From: Verrucomicrobiales bacterium
Lineage (GTDB): Bacteria > Verrucomicrobiota > Verrucomicrobiia > Verrucomicrobiales > DEV007
Length of the DNA: 48,647 nucleotides
Assembly: GCA_047619485.1 (NCBI GenBank)
Contig: JBLHKE010000001.1
Span: 1-48,647, forward strand
Direction: 5' to 3'
Positions 17,510 through 24,546 of the stretch are shown here, one piece after another (position 1 is the stretch's first letter; each line of letters starts with the position of its first letter). Under the pieces are notes generated by a model. It saw only the letters and a list, made by a program, of their open reading frames with translations. It made no database searches and was not told the DNA's origin. The position numbers and the translations under genes were made by a program.

Positions 17510-17863
17510 CCGCACGACGCCGAGCTCGAAAACACACAACGGTGAATCGTGTGTAGAAACTCGATGCTGGCGTTGTTAGGCGATTGGCATGATTCGTCCG
17601 GCGAACATTCGGCCGGATGCCAAAGATACCTGATGAACAAGCAACCAACCGTGAATCTTGTCGGCGGGAGATTTTGACTCCTAGCACCGAACCATCGGCC
17701 ACAAGATCTAGGCAGGCAGTAAGAAGCGGCAACCAAAAAGCAACCTGTGGCGAGGGATGCCGTCAGCCCTATAACTAACTATTTCACCGCTCGAAGCTTC
17801 CAGCAGTCTTCTGCCTCTTCACACCATGCAAAGCATGGCACTGGTCAGGTTCGGACGGACTTT

Positions 17864-18163
17864 TTAGTCCTCGAGCATCATGCCACCGCCGCCTGCTGTG
17901 GCAGGTGACCCAGCTGGCTGAGTGTTTGGTGAACCCGCTGGCGATCTTGATGGTGCGGCGGAAGCAGGTACTTCGTTCTGTGCCTGGGCGGCAACCTCTT
18001 CCATCGGAGTGGTCAAGTCGAAGGCAGCGACGACGGCCTCGAGGCTCTTCAGCTTGGCATCAAAGTCTTCGGCTTGGCTCTGATTCGTCACGTGCGCGAC
18101 TCGCCACATAATGCAGAGCTCGGCGTAGGTATTCATGACGATAGCTTCAAATTCTTTGTTCAT
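17864..18163 (-). CDS. hypothetical 99-aa protein
   Basis: ATG start, a structured-looking N-half and a Pro/Ala/Ser-rich tail ending GGGGMMLED. A strong promoter lies directly upstream. I recognise no family. Confidence 0.55.
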   Translation of the reverse strand: MNKEFEAIVMNTYAELCIMWRVAHVTNQSQAEDFDAKLKSLEAVVAAFDLTTPMEEVAAQAQNEVPASAAPSRSPAGSPNTQPAGSPATAGGGGMMLED

Positions 18164-18171
18164 AGCCGCAA

Positions 18172-18199
18172 ATTATCGTTAAGTTTTCTTAAAAATCAA
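18172..18199 (-). promoter_or_regulatory. sigma70-like promoter predicting a leaderless mRNA
   Basis: On the minus strand: TTGATT (18199-18194), 16 nt, GATAAT (18177-18172). Only 8 nt separate the -10 box from the ATG at 18163. Confidence 0.4.
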
Positions 18200-18233
18200 G
18201 TGTTCGCAATATCTTTGCAAGAAAATGCGCCAG

Positions 18234-18257
18234 CCCGCCCCGGTTGGGGGGGGCGGG
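18234..18257 (-). terminator. GC-rich hairpin downstream of metY
   Basis: On the minus-sense RNA, CCCGCCCC / GGGGCGGG form a stem about 35 nt after the metY stop. A partly U-rich tract (GCAUUUUCUU) follows. Confidence 0.45.
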
Positions 18258-18294
18258 AGGCTGTCATCTGGTTGATGGGCGGAAGTTTTTCGTG

Positions 18295-19584
18295 CTACTC
18301 GACGGCTTTCGCGAGCGCCTGATCGATGTCGGCGAGGATGTCCTCAGCGTTCTCGATCCCGACGCTCAGGCGCACCAGTTCTGGGACGATGCCGCCGGCG
18401 AGTTGCGCCTCGGCGCTGAGCTGCGAGTGAGTGGTGGTCGCCGGATGGATCGCGAGCGACTTGGCGTCGCCGACGTTGGCGAGGTGCGAGATGAGCTCGA
18501 GGGAATCGATAAATTTCGCGCCCGCTTCGGCGCCGCCTTTGATCCCGAACACGACCATCGCCCCGCCTTTGCCCCGGAGGTATTTCTGGTTCTTCTCGAA
18601 CTCCGGATCGTCCGGCAGACCGGGGTAGCGCACCCAGTCGACGCGCTCGTCGGCCTGGAGGGCTTTGGCGACGGTGAGCGAGTTCTCGCAGTGGCGCTCC
18701 ATGCGCAGTGGCAAGGTTTCGATCCCCTGCAGCGCGATCCACGAGTTGTCGGGTGCGATGCAGGCGCCGAGGTTGCGCAGTGGCACGGTGCGCATGCGTA
18801 GAATGTACGCCAGTGGTGCCAGCGGATCCGGTAGGTCGTGGCCCCAGCGCAGCCCGTGGTAGGAATTGTCAGGCTCGTCGAACAAGGGGTGCTTGCCGGC
18901 GGCCCAGTTGAACTTGCCAGAGTCGATAACGATCCCGCCGATGCCTGCGCCGTGCCCGCCGAGCCACTTGGTCAGCGAGTGCACGACAATGTCCGCGCCG
19001 TGTTCGATCGGGCGCGTGAGATAAGGAGTGGAGAAAGTGGAGTCGACGATGAGCGGCAGACCGTTCGAGTGGGCGACGTCTGCGACGGCGGCAATGTCGG
19101 TGATCTCGAGCGCGGGGTTCGACACGGACTCACAGAAAAGCGCACGGGTGTTCTCGTCGATCGCTGCGGCGAAATTTGCCGGATCGTTGGAGTCGACCAT
19201 TCGCACCTCGATGCCGAGCGCTGGCAGGAGCTCGTTGAACTGCGTGTAGCTGCCGCCGTAGAGATTGCGGGCGGAGACGATGTTGTCACCCGCCTTGGCG
19301 AGGTTGATGATGGAGTAGAAAACCGCCGAGGTGCCCGAGGCGACCGCGAGGCCGGCTGGCTCTGGCGCGCCTTCCAACAGGGCGACGCGGCGCTCGAGGA
19401 CGTCCGAGGTCGGATTCATCAAACGCGTGTAGATGTTTCCTAGCTCTCTGAGAGCGAACAGGTTGGCGGCGTGCTCGGTGTTCTTGAAGACGAACGAGGA
19501 GGTTCGGTAAATCGGTACGGCGCGCGAGAGGGTGTCGGTATCGGGTTGGTGACCGCCGTGTAGGCAGAGGGTTTCGAGTTTCAT
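18295..19584 (-). CDS. metY: O-acetylhomoserine aminocarboxypropyltransferase (sulfhydrylase)
   Basis: Full-length match to the Cys/Met-metabolism PLP family pattern ([30 protein letters not shown] with the PLP lysine). Confidence 0.93.
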   Translation of the reverse strand: MKLETLCLHGGHQPDTDTLSRAVPIYRTSSFVFKNTEHAANLFALRELGNIYTRLMNPTSDVLERRVALLEGAPEPAGLAVASGTSAVFYSIINLAKAGDNIVSARNLYGGSYTQFNELLPALGIEVRMVDSNDPANFAAAIDENTRALFCESVSNPALEITDIAAVADVAHSNGLPLIVDSTFSTPYLTRPIEHGADIVVHSLTKWLGGHGAGIGGIVIDSGKFNWAAGKHPLFDEPDNSYHGLRWGHDLPDPLAPLAYILRMRTVPLRNLGACIAPDNSWIALQGIETLPLRMERHCENSLTVAKALQADERVDWVRYPGLPDDPEFEKNQKYLRGKGGAMVVFGIKGGAEAGAKFIDSLELISHLANVGDAKSLAIHPATTTHSQLSAEAQLAGGIVPELVRLSVGIENAEDILADIDQALAKAVE

Positions 19585-19843
19585 AGTGAGCGCATTTCAA
19601 GCCAGCTCCGCCACCGAATCAAGGATGCATTTCGCAAGCGCTGACCAAAAATAACAGCTTTTCTAGAAGTAATACGAATCCAATTTTTAGTAATATTCGT
19701 ATAAAACGGGTTTTTAGCCCTTTCGGAGTTGGGATATTAACTGCTTATTAGCTGCTGAATCTGGTATGGGGGAATCTGTGCCGTATTCAAAAGCCTGTTA
19801 GCAAGCTATCGAAAAATACCAAACCAAATAACATCCACAAAAA

Positions 19844-20587
19844 ATGATCAACCAAAAATCTACTCTCGCCCTCGTCGGACTTCTTTCGGCCGGTGCGATC
19901 GCTACTTCACAAGCTGGTACCCCAATGGCGCCACCTGCTACGATGACTGAAGAGTCGTCAATCTTCAGCGGCTCGATCTCGGTCGGCTATGACACTGATT
20001 ACATCTTCCGCGGTGTGAACCTCGGCACTGATGCTGCGTGGGGAGGAGTCGACACAAACTTCGAGCTTGCCGAAGGACTCAGCCTGAATCTCGGTGCTTG
20101 GTACATTAACCCAACCGGTGGTGGACGAGACAACGATGAGCTCGACCTCTACGCTTTCCTCAACACCAGCGTTGGTGACCTTGACCTCGGCGTTGGCTTC
20201 ACTAGCTACATCTTCCCAGAGGCCGGTGGTGATACACCAGAGGCAGCTTTGACACTCGGTTACTCGATCGGTGTGATCGATCTTGGCGTCCTCTACGCCT
20301 ACGACTTCGACGCTGAAGGTTCTTACATCGAGAACACCATTGGTACCACCATCGAGATCAGCGACAACGTCGCCCTCGAGCTTGGCACTGGCATCAGCTA
20401 CGGCGTCGACTACTACGGTGTCGACGGCTTCAACAACGTCTTCGCACGCGCCGCTCTGCCGATCGCGCTCACCGAGACGCTCACCCTCTCGCCTTACATC
20501 GCTCACAGCTGGGCGATCGATAGCCTCGAGGACAACGGCGGCGACGACGAGCTCTTCGGCGGTGCCAGCTTGAGCGTCAAGTTCTAA
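19844..20587 (+). CDS. TorF-like (Gcw_chp) outer-membrane beta-barrel porin
   Basis: A signal peptide precedes alternating beta-strand patterns with DYIFRGVNLG and NDELDLYAF, characteristic of the TorF putative porin family. The protein ends in F. Confidence 0.65.
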   Translation: MINQKSTLALVGLLSAGAIATSQAGTPMAPPATMTEESSIFSGSISVGYDTDYIFRGVNLGTDAAWGGVDTNFELAEGLSLNLGAWYINPTGGGRDNDELDLYAFLNTSVGDLDLGVGFTSYIFPEAGGDTPEAALTLGYSIGVIDLGVLYAYDFDAEGSYIENTIGTTIEISDNVALELGTGISYGVDYYGVDGFNNVFARAALPIALTETLTLSPYIAHSWAIDSLEDNGGDDELFGGASLSVKF

Positions 20588-20647
20588 GACGGAAAATCAA
20601 TTTGGAGATTCCCCGGGCTCGCAAATGTCCGGAGCTCCTCTTCAGGT

Positions 20648-20680
20648 GCCCGCCTCCGTAAGGAGGTGGGCAATTTTTTT
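20648..20680 (+). terminator. rho-independent terminator of the porin gene
   Basis: GCCCGCCTCC GTAA GGAGGTGGGC (one G-U) is followed by AA and T7 (20674-20680). Confidence 0.8.
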
Positions 20681-21283
20681 GTCAATTGTAGCTGGGCAGT
20701 TGATGGACGACGACCAGCGTATTGGGCGAACATCATCAGCGCCTCGCACCGGCTATTTGCCGAGGACTTGGTGATCGAGGTCTTACTCATCCAAGGAAGC
20801 CCGGTAGATCTGATCGCAATCGTAGATGAGTTCATCTCGCTCGCAGGTCACCGTGCAGCTCTCGGTCAACGCTTGGGATGCGTTGGATCCGCAGGTGGGC
20901 GTAATCGCTCTCAATTTCAACCTTTCCATTTCGATTGTGATCCTCCAGCGCCTAGGTGGCGTGCAAGCCTGCTTGCGATGCTAGGGCGTTCGTCGAACGC
21001 AACCCGAACACAAGATTGGCAGCGTGATGGAGTCGCGGTCGAGAGCGTCGGTGTGATCGATCCGGCGACTGGCCGCATGACGGTGGTGCTACGGTTAGAA
21101 ACCATGATCGACGATACTGCGCGCGAGTTCATGCGTCTGGCGGTGGAGTTGTATTTTTGAGATGTCTCTGCGTGAGATTTTCCCGATGCTTGAGTGAATC
21201 AACCGCAGCTAGCCATCCCCACCTCATCATCCGGCCGACCAATCTCTGGAAAATCCCCAGAATTCGCCTAAGATTGCGCCCGT

Positions 21284-22075
21284 ATGTCCTCAACGACCCA
21301 GATTCACCCAACCGCCATCATCGATCCCGCTGCGAAAATTGGCATGGGCGTTGAGATTGGTCCCTATTGCGTGATCTACGCCGGGGTGGAGATCGGCGAT
21401 GGCTGCTGGCTGCAAAACCATGTCACCATCGACGGCTCGACCAAGATCGGCAAGGACAACCGTTTTTACGCCTATGGTTCGATCGGACAGCGCAGCCAAG
21501 ATCTAAAGTACGCTGGTGAGCCGACCCACCTCGAGGTTGGTGACGGCAATTGCTTCCGTGAGTTCGTCTCCGTCAACCGCGGTACCGAACCGGAAAGCTA
21601 CACACGCATCGGCAGTGATGGAAATTTTCTCGCCTACAGCCATATTGCACATGATTGCACGGTCGGCGATGGCGTGATTTTTTCCAACAACGGGACGCTC
21701 GCTGGCCACGTCGAGATGGGGGATCACGCGATCCTCGGCGGGCTCACCGCGGTGCACCAATTCTGCCGCGTCGGCCGCCATGCGATCACCGGCGGTTGCT
21801 CGAAGATCGTGCAGGACGTGCCGCCGTTCATGATTGCCGATGGCAACGCCGCCGAGGTGCGCGGGATCAATGCGGTAGGCCTTGGGCGTCACGGTTTTTC
21901 CGAGGAGTCAATCCGTGCACTGAAAGAGGCTTACAAGGTGATCTACCGCCGCAACCTAAACACGGCGGAAGCGCTCGCGCAGTTGAAGGAGGCGCATCCG
22001 GAAGAGGGCGGCGACCCACTGGTACGCGAGCTCATCGAGTTCATCGATTCGAGCCAGCGCGGGATCATCCGCTGA
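21284..22075 (+). CDS. lpxA: acyl-ACP--UDP-N-acetylglucosamine O-acyltransferase
   Basis: IHPTAIIDPAAKIGMGVEIGPYCVI hexapeptide repeats are followed by the LpxA C-terminal helical domain (NAVGLGRHGFSEESIRALKEAYKVIY). Confidence 0.93.
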   Translation: MSSTTQIHPTAIIDPAAKIGMGVEIGPYCVIYAGVEIGDGCWLQNHVTIDGSTKIGKDNRFYAYGSIGQRSQDLKYAGEPTHLEVGDGNCFREFVSVNRGTEPESYTRIGSDGNFLAYSHIAHDCTVGDGVIFSNNGTLAGHVEMGDHAILGGLTAVHQFCRVGRHAITGGCSKIVQDVPPFMIADGNAAEVRGINAVGLGRHGFSEESIRALKEAYKVIYRRNLNTAEALAQLKEAHPEEGGDPLVRELIEFIDSSQRGIIR

Positions 22076-22108
22076 GCGAATACGGAGGTCTTCGATAGCA
22101 AATTGAAC

Positions 22109-23452
22109 TTACGAGCCACGGCGGAATTGGCGACGCAAGCCGCGCCAGGTGAACATCCCACCGAGCAAAAACTGGAGGCCCAGGACGACCCACACGCAGC
22201 CTGCAATCTTCCCTTTGCCGCTGCTCGCCATGGGACCTGACAAGACTGGCTCGCGGCTGAGTTGGAAAAGAATTGCCATCTCGCCGAGGTGCGGCGCGTG
22301 ATCTCCGTCTGAGACCAAACGCGGCAAAAGCAAGGTTCCGTTCGCCAGCGGCCAGGACATTGCTAGCATCTCGGTGCTCATGGAGTAGGCACGTTTGAAA
22401 TCGCCATTCGTACGCGCTGCCGCGACGCCGAATGCCGATGCCGCCGAGCCAAATCCACCCAGTACAGGGCCGGCATCGACGTCGAAATACCACTCTTCCC
22501 CGCCTTGCCCAGTGGGGAATTCGCGGAATCCCACAGCGAACCAGTTCTCCTGCCAGAAGTTGTCGACATAATGGCGGTACCACTGTGCGCCCTCCGGTTG
22601 CCAGACCTCCGGTCCGAAGCTGCATAGGTAGGAATTTCCGCAGCCGCGCGAACCGTCTAAGGGTAGGCCGACCCCGGAATCAGCGGCGTATGGCGGCAAG
22701 CCCAATGGCTGCGCGAGGGCGCCGGTGAAGCCGCGCAGCGAGCGCTGCAGAAACTCATTCCGATCAGTGCCGAGAACTTCATCCGCACGATGGATCGCAG
22801 CCAGCGCGGCCACCACGTCTGTCGGGTAGCACTGGCCCGGGTAATCATCCAGCAGACCGGAGGGCGATGCCGCAAGTTCGGCGGACAAGGACTGTGCTTG
22901 CGCGCGCAATATCTCCAGGTGCTCCTCGCTGTCGGTGAGCTCGTGCTCCGCGATGACTGCCCACATCATCAGCATCCGGTAGAAGACATTCTCACGCTCG
23001 AGATACTCCACCTCACCCCAGTGCGTTTTCACCCAGGTCGCGTGATTCTCGTCCAGCACCAGTGCGACCGCTGCGTCGATCGCGCTGCGCGCGTATTCCT
23101 TCGGTGCGGTTTTTGAGAGGGAGTTGTCCGCCTCCCAGCTCTCTTGCAATTGCATCGTCGACCACAGGAAGAACACCGAGCCAAACAGGGGCCATTCGGT
23201 GCCAGCGATGTCGTAGGTGTCCACCTGGGCGGCATCACCGGACTCGACACGCCGTAGCGCATAATTCTCGTAGCGGCCGCTTAATTTTTTGTGCCATGCG
23301 AAGGCAAACTCAGAGCCGCCGGGTTGGTGCAGCCCCTCATCGTTGAGGATGTAGTGGGTCGTGATTCCGAAGGGGATCAGGAAAAACCAGATCCCGACGA
23401 AGAGTAGAAGCAGACCCCAGAGATTTTTCAGCGTTGGTTTGAGTGGCGGCAT
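22109..23452 (-). CDS. membrane-anchored hypothetical protein (N- and C-terminal TM segments)
   Basis: Trimmed to ATG 23452 (MPPLKPTLKNLWGLLLLFVGIWFFL). It is Trp/aromatic-rich, possibly an alpha/alpha-toroid-like ectodomain, with a C-terminal TM (AGCVWVVLGLQFLLGGMF). The family is unknown. Confidence 0.7.
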   Translation of the reverse strand: MPPLKPTLKNLWGLLLLFVGIWFFLIPFGITTHYILNDEGLHQPGGSEFAFAWHKKLSGRYENYALRRVESGDAAQVDTYDIAGTEWPLFGSVFFLWSTMQLQESWEADNSLSKTAPKEYARSAIDAAVALVLDENHATWVKTHWGEVEYLERENVFYRMLMMWAVIAEHELTDSEEHLEILRAQAQSLSAELAASPSGLLDDYPGQCYPTDVVAALAAIHRADEVLGTDRNEFLQRSLRGFTGALAQPLGLPPYAADSGVGLPLDGSRGCGNSYLCSFGPEVWQPEGAQWYRHYVDNFWQENWFAVGFREFPTGQGGEEWYFDVDAGPVLGGFGSAASAFGVAAARTNGDFKRAYSMSTEMLAMSWPLANGTLLLPRLVSDGDHAPHLGEMAILFQLSREPVLSGPMASSGKGKIAGCVWVVLGLQFLLGGMFTWRGLRRQFRRGS

Positions 23453-23513
23453 GGCAACGAAACCTTCCGACAATGCGGGTCGCTCGATGTTCGATGTAAA
23501 GTGGGCGCCCCTG

Positions 23514-23715
23514 CCCATTGGAGTTAGGTCAAGCCGGATAGTAGCGTAGCCTTTAGGCTGTGTCCGCCGAAGCGATCCCATTTCCTGATGGCCAGTGCGC
23601 AAACGGAATCCAAGGGGTCTGTCGTGTCGTCGAGAGCACAGGTCATGCGCAGACGGGACTGACGTTTTTGACGAGCTTCTAAAGGCTACGCTCGTCTTAA
23701 CCTAACGCCAAGGGG
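23514..23715 (-). other. ~200-nt element closed by a 32-bp interrupted long-range helix (structured RNA or MITE-like)
   Basis: Three paired blocks: 23514-23521 with 23708-23715, 23523-23533 with 23696-23706, and 23544-23556 with 23679-23691. The odd pair is G-U, and an internal CGC-UUCG-GCG tetraloop hairpin (23565-23574) forms, only in minus-sense RNA. Confidence 0.4.
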
Positions 23716-23786
23716 CACTCCTGCTCGCTGAGCACAGAACAGTCGGCGGGCATAAGCGCCCGTTTTACGGTTTGGAGACAGCTGCG

Positions 23787-23820
23787 CGGAGTTTGGGCAG
23801 ACAGGGGTGTCCGCCCTCCG
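23787..23820 (-). repeat. stop-proximal two-tier hairpin repeat (c2)
   Basis: In the minus sense, CGGAG GGCGGACA CCCC TGTCTGCC CAAA CTCCG begins 5 nt after the clpP TAA (23826-23828). Confidence 0.55.
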
Positions 23821-23825
23821 TTGCG

Positions 23826-24518
23826 TTACTTGTCCTTGTCCTTGTCCTTGTCGAGCACGCCGCCCGGCACTGGTGACTCGAGCACTTTGTCGATCAGCTT
23901 AAACTCGGCCGCATCCGCGGCGATCATGTAATTGTCCCGGTCAGATGCCTTCTCGATCTCCTCTGGCGTCTTGCCGGTGTGGTGGGCGATGATGCCGTTT
24001 AGGCGCTTCTTGAGCCCATACATGAACTCGACCGTGCGCTCGACGTCGGACGCGGTGCCCTGAGCGCCACCAGATACTTGGTGGATCATGACGTGGGCGT
24101 TCGGCAATGCGTAACGCTTGCCGGCAGCACCAGCGCAGAGCAGGACGGCGCCCATGCTCGCGGCCATGCCGAGGCAGTAGGTGTTCACATCACAAGACAG
24201 GAATTGCATCGTGTCGTAGATCGCGAGGCCAGCGGTGACGCTGCCACCCGGGCTGTTGATGTAGAGGTTGATGTCTTTGCCCGGATCCTGCATCTGCAGG
24301 TAGAGCAACTGACCGATGACATAGTTGGCCATGCCGTCCTCGATCGGTCCCTGGATGAATACGATGCGATCTTTCAGCAGGCGCGACCACAGGTCGAACT
24401 GCATGTATCCCTGTCCCTCTTTCTCGTAGATGAGAATGTTGTCCACGGCCGACTTCGGCGGTGCTGGTTGGCCCAGATGTGGCAGTTGGAAGGGGGAGGG
24501 TGGGGTGGCGTCGGACAT
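23826..24518 (-). CDS. clpP: ATP-dependent Clp protease proteolytic subunit
   Basis: The catalytic Ser context GMAASMGAVLL and His context MIHQVSGG are present. There is an N-terminal extension and an unusual C-terminal DKDKDKDK tail. Confidence 0.95.
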   Translation of the reverse strand: MSDATPPSPFQLPHLGQPAPPKSAVDNILIYEKEGQGYMQFDLWSRLLKDRIVFIQGPIEDGMANYVIGQLLYLQMQDPGKDINLYINSPGGSVTAGLAIYDTMQFLSCDVNTYCLGMAASMGAVLLCAGAAGKRYALPNAHVMIHQVSGGAQGTASDVERTVEFMYGLKKRLNGIIAHHTGKTPEEIEKASDRDNYMIAADAAEFKLIDKVLESPVPGGVLDKDKDKDK

Positions 24519-24546
24519 GATTTGTGTGGTGGTCGTTGGTTTTGGA

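Noticed and set aside
17473-17863. I tested this large spacer, and the one at 23453-23825, for RNase P RNA, tmRNA, SRP RNA and 6S RNA.
   Set aside because: There is no GAGGAAAGUCCGGGC / ACAGAAnCCGGCUUA (RNase P). There is no GGGG... 5' end with a GGUUCGAnUCC T-arm and alanine-tag ORF (tmRNA). GGUCAGGUUCGGACGGAC at about 17845 only superficially resembles the SRP GGUCAGGUCCGGAAGGAAGCAGC. The 23.5-kb element has 6S-like length, but its interior does not form the apical stem and central bubble.
20783-20960. A DUF2283-like reading (KVEIESDYAHLRIQ... then ...LIYDCDQIY) suggested a frameshifted antitoxin with an upstream DUF4258-like toxin remnant.
   Set aside because: The reading requires a frameshift plus a missing start. 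The key DUF2283 residues (G.E near the C-terminus) are absent, and the supposed toxin frame has poor GC3 and early stops.
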